Shown: positions 19,221 to 29,322 of the stretch, one piece after another
Layout: every line of letters begins with the position of its first letter
Position numbering within the stretch: the stretch's first letter is position 1
Origin: a virus
Reading direction: 5' to 3' (one strand)
IMG/VR virus record: IMGVR_UViG_3300037010_000793
Span: 1 to 64,000 of that record
DNA length: 64,000 bases
Made by a program: the position numbers and the translations under genes
Notes under the pieces: model-generated
What the model saw: the letters and a program-made list of their open reading frames with translations, nothing else
What the model was told of the DNA's origin: nothing
The model's database searches: none

Positions 19221-20468
19221 TTATTCTCCAATCTTTAAAAACACTGAGCTATTATCAGATGCACTAATAGCATATCTAACCATTTTGTCTACGATCATAT
19301 TCTGATTTTCATCACTTTCTAACACGCTAATTAACTCTAACCCTTTAAACTTACCTAGCATGTATGAATCACTCACGTCTCCACTCATTACTTTATGTAT
19401 AAATTCATCAAATGACGTATCCACTTTTTCATATAGTGAAGACGCTAAGTCATAAAATTTGCCTAAATGACTAACACATCTATTACTTCTATTGACATCC
19501 AGCGACGGGGTTAGACGATTATCAAAGAATTTAGATATTTTCTTTTCACCTATTTTTCCGTGATTAGCTTCATGTCCTTTAACTTCACCTTGCCAATTAG
19601 AGTTGACGTTAAACGGTCTAAACTGGATTCTGCCTGGCTTTCCATTGATAACATAATGAACATATACGTCAATCGAGTCATTTAAGAATGTTGATTTTGT
19701 TATATTAAACCCGCTGTACTCTATATCAAGAGTCATATTAGGTGTATTGTATTCAGTTATTTTGCAGAATTTAGACACTTTTTTGAGACTAACACCAATT
19801 AAATTCCCAGCTTTATAACTATCGTGCATGTGACTGTTTAATTCTTGAAGCGTTTCAGCTCTACTTAGAATAGTGTTAACATCCCATTCCTTATTAATCA
19901 TCCAGATGTCTGATGGGTTCCATTTGTTAATATTGCTAAACGGATCATCAAGTTTTTTGTTAAGCTCGCTAAACTTGGATGCAATTGATTTTACAGTGTA
20001 TGATCCTTTATGATGAATATAATCATGCGGATGTTCAATATGATTCGCTAGCATGCTTGCAATAATAATAGCAGATTTATGCCATGTATCACAAACATTT
20101 TTATGAATATCATCGACTGGTAAATCTATATCATACCCATGGTTATCAATAGTGTTTGCATTGTAATAACACTGTAGACATTCGACTTTACCAGTCAACT
20201 CAGATCCAGCTCCGCTAGCCAGTTTACCACCAAATTCATCTGTCTTGGAAAACTGTGCTAGCGTTCTTACTGAACCGTCACCCATGATAAACGGAGCATA
20301 TCCCAAGTTGTTCCGGATGTTCTGTAATGATGTGAGATTATGTTGTATATTACTAACTAATAATAATTCACCTGATTCCATCTGGAACAATGATTCAGAT
20401 TTAATTTTCTTACTAAAAATCTCTATCCTATCATACTTACGAATTGTAGCAGGTGATAAGCAGCCCAT
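19221..20468 (-). CDS. Putative PD-(D/E)xK-fold nuclease
   Basis: KWNPSDIW ... LIGVSLKK pattern. Confidence 0.5.
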   Translation of the reverse strand: MGCLSPATIRKYDRIEIFSKKIKSESLFQMESGELLLVSNIQHNLTSLQNIRNNLGYAPFIMGDGSVRTLAQFSKTDEFGGKLASGAGSELTGKVECLQCYYNANTIDNHGYDIDLPVDDIHKNVCDTWHKSAIIIASMLANHIEHPHDYIHHKGSYTVKSIASKFSELNKKLDDPFSNINKWNPSDIWMINKEWDVNTILSRAETLQELNSHMHDSYKAGNLIGVSLKKVSKFCKITEYNTPNMTLDIEYSGFNITKSTFLNDSIDVYVHYVINGKPGRIQFRPFNVNSNWQGEVKGHEANHGKIGEKKISKFFDNRLTPSLDVNRSNRCVSHLGKFYDLASSLYEKVDTSFDEFIHKVMSGDVSDSYMLGKFKGLELISVLESDENQNMIVDKMVRYAISASDNSSVFLKIGE

Positions 20469-21224
20469 TTATCCAAGAATCATCATTGCAGGCATCTGCC
20501 ATTTACTTTCTATCTCATCACGTAGCTCATCAATTTTAGCTTGCGCTTCGCCTTGCATACCTGCTCCATCGATAACTACACCACCAGGTAAAGCCACGTT
20601 ACCAAATTTACCTAATACTCTACCCCAGATCAGTTTTGATTGTTGTACCGCCATTTCTCTGAACCAAGTATCATTGAACACTTCAGGATCTTCTTCTGGG
20701 TCAACTTCTTTGGTGCATTCAATGATGACATAATCGCCGACTACCATTTTACTCCAATCAGTAACAATGTTAAGTTTGTACTTTACTCTTGAAAAGTTCC
20801 AAACAACTTTATTGTTAAACACAGAGCGAAGATCTCCTAATTGCTGTTCAAGACTCATATAACTCATTACTGAATATCTAGAATCAGAACTAGCGCCAGA
20901 TGCTGTCATGAACGAATCCCAAAATGAAACAGCGGTAATACCGTGCCAACCAAGCATGCTGCCGTTAGCGCTAATACTAACTTCTCTAATACCATTAATT
21001 GTTTTATCGAGTGTTAAGTATTTGTTATCAATATCAGTTTGACTGATTTGGTATGACACAATAGATCTTTCAGATCCGTTGTAGTGGTACATTCTGTAGT
21101 ATCTTAGTGTGTTATCGATCGCAGATAAGAATTGATCTGTTGTTAGGTTAACCCGAATAATAGGAGCACCTAATTGTAGCCTTATATATGATATTAAATC
21201 ATCATAGTATAGAATTTCGTTCAT
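20469..21224 (-). CDS. gp13: Neck protein gp13
   Basis: QLGAPIIRVNLTTDQ, YHYNG, FNDTWFR, WGRVLGKF..VALPGGVVIDG. Confidence 0.93.
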   Translation of the reverse strand: MNEILYYDDLISYIRLQLGAPIIRVNLTTDQFLSAIDNTLRYYRMYHYNGSERSIVSYQISQTDIDNKYLTLDKTINGIREVSISANGSMLGWHGITAVSFWDSFMTASGASSDSRYSVMSYMSLEQQLGDLRSVFNNKVVWNFSRVKYKLNIVTDWSKMVVGDYVIIECTKEVDPEEDPEVFNDTWFREMAVQQSKLIWGRVLGKFGNVALPGGVVIDGAGMQGEAQAKIDELRDEIESKWQMPAMMILG

Positions 21225-21250
21225 AGGATTACCTCAGAATTAACAAACAT

Positions 21251-21811
21251 TTATTGCCTATTTATCATTACTTTAGATAGAGCATGGTATAATTCTTCGC
21301 TGTAATCGATACCGTCATATAACTTAACAAAGCCGTCTAAATCGTTGTCAATAACCAGTTGCCTAGCTTTAGTTGAGGATACTGAGCTAACATCCGTTGC
21401 ATCTTGGTTTCTTTCACCGCTAGATATGATGCTGATAGACTCAAATGAATAAAACCCATGTTTAGCTTCTACACCATTGTACTTCGGTATCTGTCTATTA
21501 TGCTCAACTATTCTATCTGCACCAACTACCAAAGTGATATGTGTATATCCTTTAATGTATAGATAAACCAATGAGTCAAACATGTTATTAATAGCAATGT
21601 CTTCCACAATATTATTTTGGTATTCATTGAACATCAAACACATGAATTTTAGCTTATCATGATACGGTAATGGGTTTTTTGCGTTTTGTGTTGAGCTTGT
21701 GAATATTAACAAGTCTGAAGACGGTTCTGTGCTTGACATAAAATCAAACAAATGTAGATGTCCTTTGGTAGGTGGATTAAATCTACCAAAGGTGAATATT
21801 GCTTTATTCAT
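21251..21811 (-). CDS. Cytidylyltransferase-like (HIGH-family) nucleotidyltransferase
   Basis: FTFGRFNPPTKGH, KNPL, VVGADR, SSGER, SSTKAR. Confidence 0.88.
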   Translation of the reverse strand: MNKAIFTFGRFNPPTKGHLHLFDFMSSTEPSSDLLIFTSSTQNAKNPLPYHDKLKFMCLMFNEYQNNIVEDIAINNMFDSLVYLYIKGYTHITLVVGADRIVEHNRQIPKYNGVEAKHGFYSFESISIISSGERNQDATDVSSVSSTKARQLVIDNDLDGFVKLYDGIDYSEELYHALSKVMINRQ

Positions 21812-22040
21812 TAACCGCGTTAACCGCGTTAACTACATTTTTGTATTGTTTAATATGTTTAAGCATAAACTTGCGAGAAACAAACAACGCAATAATACTA
21901 ACACCAACAATCCAACTAGTTTCATATGAAATTACAACTATTGATCCGATAAAAACTAAAAGACCAAGTACACTTAATGATAAAAACGTTAATACAGATT
22001 TTTGTTGTTCATCTGTTAATTCTTCAATATCTACATGCAT
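21804..22040 (-). CDS. Small membrane protein
   Basis: Two hydrophobic segments; tightly packed with neighbours. Confidence 0.6.
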   Translation of the reverse strand: MHVDIEELTDEQQKSVLTFLSLSVLGLLVFIGSIVVISYETSWIVGVSIIALFVSRKFMLKHIKQYKNVVNAVNAVNE

Positions 22041-22235
22041 TTAAAAGAACCCCATAATAACGCCAAGAGGAAATATAAAAACGCCAATTGCGCGAGCGAC
22101 AACTTCGCCTGTAAGCGCTTCAGCTCCAAATAAAGTAACAATGTTTGACACATATCCAAGCACGATCAATAATGCAATAGCCAAACCAATTACGGTAAAC
22201 GTAAACGGATTATAATTGCGTTGTTTCTTAAACAT
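22041..22235 (-). CDS. Small membrane protein
   Basis: Hydrophobic; ARAIGVFIFPLGVIMGFF end typical of phage membrane proteins. Confidence 0.65.
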   Translation of the reverse strand: MFKKQRNYNPFTFTVIGLAIALLIVLGYVSNIVTLFGAEALTGEVVARAIGVFIFPLGVIMGFF

Positions 22236-22377
22236 CTAACGTCTCCTTAAAGAATGTTTTATCTTTATGTTTAGCACCCTTAAACTTTTTAGGTGTTTCA
22301 ACTTTATGTTTAAATCTGCATGAATGAAAGAATTGTTTTTGAGCTAATTCGCATTCAATGCTTTTCTTCTTTTTCAT
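22228..22377 (-). CDS. Small basic protein (weakly ArfA-like)
   Basis: SD AAGGAG plus ATG at 22377; RFKHKVETPKKFKGAKHK. Confidence 0.55.
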   Translation of the reverse strand: MKKKKSIECELAQKQFFHSCRFKHKVETPKKFKGAKHKDKTFFKETLDV

Positions 22378-22391
22378 AATCAACTCCTTAG

Positions 22392-22814
22392 TTAGAGTTG
22401 ATCGACTCCAACTGTAATACAAACGAAATAATACGAAATAAACAAGTACATGGTATAATGTGCTAACTGATCTACGCCAATAGCTATCCAAAATTTATTA
22501 TCAGAGACAGCCAAACTGTTACTCTTGTTATAATTCATCTTAATATAATCAATGATATAATGCAAAACTGTATCAATTAACGCAAAAATACCAGCAACAA
22601 GCAACACAGTATTCACGTTTGGATTATGTAGCGCAAATACAGATACACCAATTAAAACTGCATAAGTAAACACACCATGATCTAGCGAGTGTTCAATACC
22701 ATCAGAGTTAAACAAAATACCTTTTCCTTTAACCATTGCATCAGTCTGAATCACCCAATCGCAGTACATATGCTTAACAAATAATGCAAACAACGTGATA
22801 ACTAAAATACCCAT
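22392..22814 (-). CDS. DUF3307-family membrane protein
   Basis: KHMYCDWVIQ, HSLDHG, HYIIDYIK, IGVDQLAH. Confidence 0.8.
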   Translation of the reverse strand: MGILVITLFALFVKHMYCDWVIQTDAMVKGKGILFNSDGIEHSLDHGVFTYAVLIGVSVFALHNPNVNTVLLVAGIFALIDTVLHYIIDYIKMNYNKSNSLAVSDNKFWIAIGVDQLAHYTMYLFISYYFVCITVGVDQL

Positions 22815-22825
22815 ATAACCTCTAT

Positions 22826-23305
22826 TTACTTAATACTAGTCAAAGCAATAGCTGCTTTTTCATAAGCTGCGACTTTAGACTCGAGCGCTTTAATTCGAAC
22901 GGAATGCTTTGATATACGCTCAGCACAATGGTCTTCAATAATCATACGGTAGAAGGCGCCTAACCCAATCATTTTATTCACTTTAGGTGATGCAAAAGCG
23001 CAATCAGTAAAGGTAATAACATTGGTTGTGTGCATAATATCGATATAGACATAATTTAATGAATAAACGATATCGTAATTAACACCAACTTCGCGACGGA
23101 TACTAAATGAACATTTGTATCCTTGTATATCTGCTTGAAAATATACCAAACAGTCACCCATCGGTCTGCCTTTAAAGACATTTTTTACCGAAATTAAGTC
23201 TAGGTAGAAAGACTTTGCTGCTTGTTCCATTTCAAATAACCTCTTTTCATTTAATACGTGATTATTATATACTGTTTGGACGCAATTGTAAACTGTTTTC
23301 GTCAT
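22826..23305 (-). CDS. Hypothetical protein
   Basis: ORF fills the gap. Confidence 0.6.
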   Translation of the reverse strand: MTKTVYNCVQTVYNNHVLNEKRLFEMEQAAKSFYLDLISVKNVFKGRPMGDCLVYFQADIQGYKCSFSIRREVGVNYDIVYSLNYVYIDIMHTTNVITFTDCAFASPKVNKMIGLGAFYRMIIEDHCAERISKHSVRIKALESKVAAYEKAAIALTSIK

Positions 23306-23311
23306 ATTTTT

Positions 23312-23341
23312 AAAAGGAAAGGAAGCATTGCTTCCTTTCCT
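23312..23341 (-). terminator. Rho-independent terminator
   Basis: aggaaaggaagc/gcttcctttcct stem plus U-tract. Confidence 0.8.
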
Positions 23342-23375
23342 AACACGACTTTAGTTTTATAAAAAGTACTGCATA

Positions 23376-25064
23376 TCAGATCACGCTGTCGATCCTAGCT
23401 CGGATCTCATCAAATGTGCTGATGTTATAGAATAATCCATCTTCATACACTTTGACAAGAAGGCCTTGTTCTTCTTGTTCCGCGGATTGCTCATCAAAAA
23501 GAACAAGTTCATTGTCAACGCACTCAACACGAACAAGCCCTTTGGCTGATTTTTTAGTCCCATCATCAGTTTTAGGGTCTTTATTTAAGTTAATAGGTGC
23601 ACCATCTACGATTGCGTATGTAGCCTTAAGTGCCATACCCAATGTATCACGTGTGCTATAATTGTAAGTAAAGCTACCTGCAGCTACTATAACGTTGGTA
23701 CTTGCAAAGCCTTTTGCTTTTAGTCTATTGGTGATATCTAGTGCGCGCTTAACTGTGATGCTATCTCCATAAATCATGCCAATGTGACTGTCTAGTAAGC
23801 GATATCCTTTTTCTGTGATAGTACCGCCAAACGTTTCCCATAAGCATTCTACTGTACCTTTCATTTCCGGTGTAACTAACTCATCCTGAATAGGAGCAGA
23901 TAGAATACCTTCATCGGTAACAGTACATACCATATAGCTATTGGTATAAACCTCTAACTCTACGGTAGTGTTAACAAACACAAATGTGTTAACACTGGGG
24001 TTATTTTTAAACCAGCGCTCTACATCAGTTAGTGTTTTAACTGGAATAGCGATACCACAAATGATTTGAACAGGATCACCTGAATCTGGCCGAATGACTA
24101 CCTTTGACATTCCTAACGAATCGGGTGCTCGATTAAGAATATCTTCTTTTAGTCGAGGTACGATGTCAGTAATAACATTCCAGTAATCATAAGAATCACA
24201 TACCCGAGCAACAACACCTGAAGGGTAAACCTCGGTGATCAACCGCTTCATTTGAATATATTCTGCTTCATTCAATGAAATGTTGTTACGCTTAGCGATA
24301 GTTTGAATTGCTAAAGTCTCTGTCATATGCTCTGACGCATTAACAGATCCTGCGATGAATGACCCAAACGGTGCATTATAATAATCAACCACCATCGCAG
24401 TTGAACCGATAGCATCACTACCGTAAAAACACGTTAGATGGCACATACCTTGTCGAGCTGCATCAGCGCTACCAGACATACCTCGCGCACTAAAGTCATG
24501 GCATTGCCACTTTACAAAGCCAGTATTACCTACCGTTTCTATAGCAGCTGCAGTCAATAACCTGCGATAGGCTAGCGCGATGGTGGCATTGTTTACTGAT
24601 TTCCAGGTTTCATTTGAAATAACAGTCTCAAGGTAACCGGTAACCCAAGCAAAGTCTTTATGTGTGTTAATCATAGTCAAACCAGGGATCTTTGCCTTCA
24701 TAAGCGAACCCTCTTTTAGCGACTTAACTCTAATAGGAAGGTAACCTAGTTTGTGCAATGATACAATATGGCTATCATCGTATGATCCACCCGAAAAGTA
24801 GCAAACTTGTGAACGAAAGTTCTTCAACGCTGTTTCTACATCAACTTTAAAGAATTCACGTTCAAATGCATCATGAATCATTTTCATGGTAGCTTGAACA
24901 CCAAACCAAACCGCGTGATCATCTGTTAAGTTACGTGTTTCTTTTGGCAAGTGCTTAAAGCTACGTGGAGTGAATGTTTCATAGATATACTCAGTACCTG
25001 GAAACATCTGAGCTTTATGTGAAATTTTATATGAGTCGGCACTCATTAAAACATTATTAATCAT
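23376..25064 (-). CDS. nadV: Nicotinamide phosphoribosyltransferase-like protein (NadV/Namat)
   Basis: ADSYKISH, HDFSARG, ASEH, VCDSYD, IRPDSGDP, IYGDSIT, STRDTLG, KDPKTDDGTKKSAKG. Confidence 0.95.
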   Translation of the reverse strand: MINNVLMSADSYKISHKAQMFPGTEYIYETFTPRSFKHLPKETRNLTDDHAVWFGVQATMKMIHDAFEREFFKVDVETALKNFRSQVCYFSGGSYDDSHIVSLHKLGYLPIRVKSLKEGSLMKAKIPGLTMINTHKDFAWVTGYLETVISNETWKSVNNATIALAYRRLLTAAAIETVGNTGFVKWQCHDFSARGMSGSADAARQGMCHLTCFYGSDAIGSTAMVVDYYNAPFGSFIAGSVNASEHMTETLAIQTIAKRNNISLNEAEYIQMKRLITEVYPSGVVARVCDSYDYWNVITDIVPRLKEDILNRAPDSLGMSKVVIRPDSGDPVQIICGIAIPVKTLTDVERWFKNNPSVNTFVFVNTTVELEVYTNSYMVCTVTDEGILSAPIQDELVTPEMKGTVECLWETFGGTITEKGYRLLDSHIGMIYGDSITVKRALDITNRLKAKGFASTNVIVAAGSFTYNYSTRDTLGMALKATYAIVDGAPINLNKDPKTDDGTKKSAKGLVRVECVDNELVLFDEQSAEQEEQGLLVKVYEDGLFYNISTFDEIRARIDSVI

Positions 25065-25175
25065 ATTTTATTTCCTTTGTGCACATTGTGGCTGCACGGT
25101 TAGTTTAAAAGTTAGATTGCATTTTGGTCAATCTGATTAATCGATTTTGATTGGATCGATTAAACCAATTTCAGG

Positions 25176-25979
25176 TTATCTAACCCAAATATCTTTATCA
25201 GGTACCATAGATACTAACATGTTATAAACATCATCACTTAGTTCGTCTACGCTCATTATTGGTTTATTAACTTGTTTTATTTTAACATAGTTTAGCTCTT
25301 TTTGATTGAAAACAATAAACATGGTACCATCCATATATTTTCTAATATCTGTCACCCCTTTTAAAATGTTCCGCATCTGGTACGCAACAAGATTATAGGT
25401 ATCAATTAAAATATTATCATCAACTACACGGCTACGAAGACTATTCTGTTTGATAGCAGTTGCTAAATCGTTCAGAACCCAAACAACATGAATATTTTCT
25501 TTAGGGTATCCTAGTTTATTGGCCAGCTGAGATACTTTTATTAGCGATGAAGATGATTTCATAGTAATATCGAATATCAAGTTCGGTCTACGATCATTGT
25601 TGCTAACAAGAATAGATTTAACCAATGCCTCTAGCTTACGATCGCTAATACCAAGATCCTCAATCACTGTATGGATAATCGACGTATGATCTGGATTTCT
25701 TAGATCTAACGCACTAACATCTAAATCGTATTCACTTTTTATTCTATCTTTTATTAAGCTTGACTTTAACGCCAGCTCTTTTAAACGATCAACGTCAAAA
25801 GTAAAACCTTGTATATTAAGCAAATTAGACTTTACGTATCCCTTGCCGCTACCAGCTCCACCGGCTAAGATTACTATCTGGTTAAAATTGCTAGTATTGT
25901 TATTATTAAAGTTAATTAGCGCTTCATCTAAGTATTGTTGATCAAAAGCGTTCTCTTTTAAAAAGTCAATAAATGTCAT
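25176..25979 (-). CDS. P-loop kinase-like protein with capsid-targeting-like N-terminus
   Basis: ILAGGAGSGKG Walker A, LIFDIT, AIKQNSLRSR lid; starts MTFIDFLKE. Confidence 0.75.
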   Translation of the reverse strand: MTFIDFLKENAFDQQYLDEALINFNNNNTSNFNQIVILAGGAGSGKGYVKSNLLNIQGFTFDVDRLKELALKSSLIKDRIKSEYDLDVSALDLRNPDHTSIIHTVIEDLGISDRKLEALVKSILVSNNDRRPNLIFDITMKSSSSLIKVSQLANKLGYPKENIHVVWVLNDLATAIKQNSLRSRVVDDNILIDTYNLVAYQMRNILKGVTDIRKYMDGTMFIVFNQKELNYVKIKQVNKPIMSVDELSDDVYNMLVSMVPDKDIWVR

Positions 25980-25981
25980 TT

Positions 25982-26428
25982 TTATTTTCCTAAATCATCA
26001 TAAATCAAAAAGATATTTAAATCTGCTTTAAATTCATCTGGCAGTTTATCCCAAACCTTATTAATCCTGTTATACCGCTTTATATCCTTTATTTGCGACT
26101 TACTCATATCTCTAATTAAGTAGTGGTATCTTACCAAGTTCTTTGTATAATCGCTTACAAACCACCAATTTTTAATTATTTGAAATGACATTTCCTCATG
26201 ATTCTTGAAGCTATACGTATCGTTTAATACATCGTCATCCTTAGATTGATCTGCTGTAAATGGCTTGCCAAAGTCATGAAGTAGCCCAGCAGCTATCATT
26301 TTATAATTGCCTGATCGGATTAGATGATACGTTACCTTTATAGTGTGAATCAGAACAGAGTGTTTATGTCACTTATTCTGTTTCACAAATAAACTTCTTA
26401 AAAACGGTAAACTTAATACTTTGTTCAT
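25982..26428 (-). pseudogene. HD-domain phosphohydrolase interrupted by an in-frame TGA (26369-26371)
   Basis: ATG 26428: MNKVLSLPFLRSLFVKQNK*HKHSVLIHT...LLHDFGKP...HEEMS...VRYHY...DDLGK. Confidence 0.7.
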
Positions 26429-26460
26429 CACAATAATCCAAATATCTTTAACTTGTAATT

Positions 26461-26491
26461 ATTATAACATGTTCAAAAGCTAAAAGTAAAC
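26461..26491 (-). promoter_or_regulatory. Early promoter
   Basis: GTTTAC...TGTTATAAT upstream of the HD gene. Confidence 0.75.
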
Positions 26492-26661
26492 TGTTTTGTT
26501 ACTTATTTGTCGCGTCATGTTCAAGATATGCGCCAATACAAACTGCACCAGCGACAAAAACAGTAGCAACCAGACCAAACAAAATCAATGAAACTAACCC
26601 CAACAAAGATAGGATTAATATGTTTTGCAATGTGCTAACAATCTTCATGATAAACCTTTAA

Positions 26662-26889
26662 TTACTCAGTATCTGTAGTCTTTGTATGCTTTTTATTACT
26701 GCGTTTCGCCATCTCGTTAGCAACACGTGCAGATAACATCATACGTTGAGAACGCTTTTGACCTGCGCGATCACCTACATGATTCAATGCAGCTAAGCAC
26801 TTATCATTCTTGGTTAGCGTTACACCAATCACCTGAGCAATTTTATTGCGAGGTGTTGTTGCCACGTCGCGAGTTTTCTTATGTTCCAT
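26662..26889 (-). CDS. Small basic hypothetical protein
   Basis: SD AGGAG. Confidence 0.6.
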   Translation of the reverse strand: MEHKKTRDVATTPRNKIAQVIGVTLTKNDKCLAALNHVGDRAGQKRSQRMMLSARVANEMAKRSNKKHTKTTDTE

Positions 26890-26913
26890 TTCATCTCTCC
26901 TAGTTTTAAAAAA

Positions 26914-27366
26914 TCAATACATTTTTGAAAATTTACATTCACCATTCGCTACAGTCATGGTGTAGAACTTACTTAAATCCCCTGCCATTCGCGAATAATC
27001 TCTTCCACCGTCAATCATCATATTGCCAAGTGTTACACAGTCATGTCGATAAGCACTATAATAGAATACACCGTCTTCTACAAACCCATCAATAGCCATG
27101 GATTCGATAGATATACCATTTGTTATCACAAGTTTGTCTTTATTATATCCAATAGCGTAATAATTAGAACCTCTTGGGTGGGGTGTTTCGTTGTAAAAAA
27201 TGTGATACGGTTGATACGTAAACTCACCGCTAAGATCTTTAATTTGACTTTTGCAAATATATCTACCTCCATACGCTTCAATTGCTTTATGGATTAAGTC
27301 TTCCTCTTCAGGTCGTATCATAACCTTTATTAAACCCAATTCTATCATATCAAATCCTTTCATCAC
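26914..27366 (-). CDS. Hypothetical phage protein
   Basis: YSAYRHD...MIDGGRDY pattern. Confidence 0.65.
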   Translation of the reverse strand: MMKGFDMIELGLIKVMIRPEEEDLIHKAIEAYGGRYICKSQIKDLSGEFTYQPYHIFYNETPHPRGSNYYAIGYNKDKLVITNGISIESMAIDGFVEDGVFYYSAYRHDCVTLGNMMIDGGRDYSRMAGDLSKFYTMTVANGECKFSKMY

Positions 27367-27432
27367 GAGGTTTAAATTAAAAAGATGTACATTGCATTAG
27401 CTTTTTGATTTGAACCTCGTATACACAGTTTA
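27365..27432. repeat. Inverted-repeat element, copy 1 (20-bp stem, 16-nt loop)
   Basis: acgaggtttaaattaaaaag / ctttttgatttgaacctcgt; homologous to 39465..39531. Confidence 0.85.
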
Positions 27433-27434
27433 AA

Positions 27435-27839
27435 TTAGTCGTTAACAACCAAGATCGGTTCATTACTTAAGTAAACTTGATTTACTCCATCTTTAACGTA
27501 GTAGTTCTTATAGCCTTTAATCTTCTGCGTCGTCGTGCATTGTTTATGCTTTTCTGTATTACCGGTATTAGCTCCAATTATACCGCCGGTTGCACCGCCT
27601 GCTAATGTGCCTAAGCTACTACCTGTTTTTCCAAATAATAGCTTACCAATAATATGACCGGCAGCTGCACCAGCAACACCACCAACTACAGCTCCTGTTG
27701 TGTTTGGCTGATTCGATTCATTAGTAACATCAGTACAGTCTTTAACATCGTAGTATACAGGTTCTGATGATACTACAGGATATTGCGCGCTAAACGCTGT
27801 GTTAGACAACAGCAGCAAAATAACTGGAATTAGTTTCAT
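27435..27839 (-). CDS. Glycine-zipper 2TM domain secreted protein
   Basis: Signal peptide; GAVVGGVAGAAAGHIIG ... GGATGGIIG. Confidence 0.8.
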   Translation of the reverse strand: MKLIPVILLLLSNTAFSAQYPVVSSEPVYYDVKDCTDVTNESNQPNTTGAVVGGVAGAAAGHIIGKLLFGKTGSSLGTLAGGATGGIIGANTGNTEKHKQCTTTQKIKGYKNYYVKDGVNQVYLSNEPILVVND

Positions 27840-29296
27840 AACGACTCCGTTAATAATTGTTGTAAGCTGAGTTCTGTGCTAGCTGCTTCAATTTCTAAGC
27901 ATTCTTCAAGTGTATTTGCTGAAGTTTTGTCGCTTCGAATCAAGTGGAATCGTGGATGCATAGTTGAATGAATATCAGCGCCTCTAGCTAAAGTAATGCC
28001 ACAACATTCAATGGTGCAAACAGAACCGATATACTTATCAGCGTTATTTGTAAACTCATCCATCATATCTTCTTTTAATCCACCAGCAATAGTCTTTAAC
28101 CGACCACAAGCTGATTCAACGTTGATTGTAGAGTACACATTCTCGTTTTTAGTACCCTTAGTTCCATAGTTAAAGCCGGTAATAATCAAATCTAATTCAA
28201 TCAACTCCTTGAACTTAATTTGATGAACACCTTTACCATCAGACCATAGAGCGTCAAGCGACTTAAGGATGGTACCCTCTTCACCTTTACCTCGCATCTC
28301 GATAAAGTGCATTTTAGCATCTTTAATATTTTCAACTAGTACATAATCAACAATCTTTACAATCTTGCTAAATTTTTCATTTTTGCTGATATTATCTATT
28401 AACCAGTTGAATCGTGTAACATACTTATCAGACTTAACTTTACCGTATGACTTGTACGTATCTAGACTGATAATATCCCAAACGATGTACTGTAACCGTG
28501 TGTGAGCAGTGTCAAAGGTGATTCCAAACTTGTTATACTCTTTGTTGAATTTATCAATATCTTTCTTAATCTTTGTATCAATTAAGCCATCATTATCACG
28601 AATCTTTTCATTGATTGAACAGAACGATGATACAACACCATTTGATTCATAACGGGTAACCCCTGATAATACAATCTCACCATTCAAAACACAATCAGAA
28701 CCATACAAGTCACGAATATCTACGAGATCGTCAAAAGCACCGTTAACTACAGTTTCCAACCCTTGACGTGATTCCATGTAGACTGTATCCGTAATGATAG
28801 TATTAGCATATCGACCATCTGCTTTTACTTGTGAAATACAAGATCCGCTAGCAAGTAGCTTTGCAACAGCTTTTTCGCTATACGACTTAGCACCCATATA
28901 AGGAGCTTCTTTAATGAAGTTAGCGCCAAACACTTTATTAATAATTGAAACATTAATACCAGCTTTAGCTGATCCGCCAATCATTAATTTTACAATTTCG
29001 CCTAATTGATCATCTGAATTTTCAAGAATTTCAATCAAAACTTGTTTGGCAGCATTGCCAGTAGCTTCACGTGTAATTAGCTTGTTAATCTTTACTAAAA
29101 CATCGCCAAAATCAAGTGTTGGATTTGGATTTACAGTGTAATCAGGAATTTGCTTAATACCAAACTTAATCAACGGTGAATAACACATTTCCAAAAACAA
29201 TCGTAACGGTAGAAAGTCTTTGTGATTGGTAAGAACTTCAATTTTATGGTTTTTACCATTATCACTTCGAAGTTCATTGATAATTGAATATAGCAT
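27836..29296 (-). CDS. gp30: ATP-dependent DNA ligase gp30
   Basis: KADGRY, LNGEI, WDII, EGTILK, KFKE, PRF..RSDK. Confidence 0.96.
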   Translation of the reverse strand: MLYSIINELRSDNGKNHKIEVLTNHKDFLPLRLFLEMCYSPLIKFGIKQIPDYTVNPNPTLDFGDVLVKINKLITREATGNAAKQVLIEILENSDDQLGEIVKLMIGGSAKAGINVSIINKVFGANFIKEAPYMGAKSYSEKAVAKLLASGSCISQVKADGRYANTIITDTVYMESRQGLETVVNGAFDDLVDIRDLYGSDCVLNGEIVLSGVTRYESNGVVSSFCSINEKIRDNDGLIDTKIKKDIDKFNKEYNKFGITFDTAHTRLQYIVWDIISLDTYKSYGKVKSDKYVTRFNWLIDNISKNEKFSKIVKIVDYVLVENIKDAKMHFIEMRGKGEEGTILKSLDALWSDGKGVHQIKFKELIELDLIITGFNYGTKGTKNENVYSTINVESACGRLKTIAGGLKEDMMDEFTNNADKYIGSVCTIECCGITLARGADIHSTMHPRFHLIRSDKTSANTLEECLEIEAASTELSLQQLLTESL

Positions 29297-29322
29297 GGTT
29301 TGTTCCTTTATTAGATGGTCTT

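Noticed and set aside
24000-24060. Insertion in the NAMPT-like protein as an intein or intron
   Set aside because: The insert (about 23880-24050) is short, in frame and lacks intein terminal motifs
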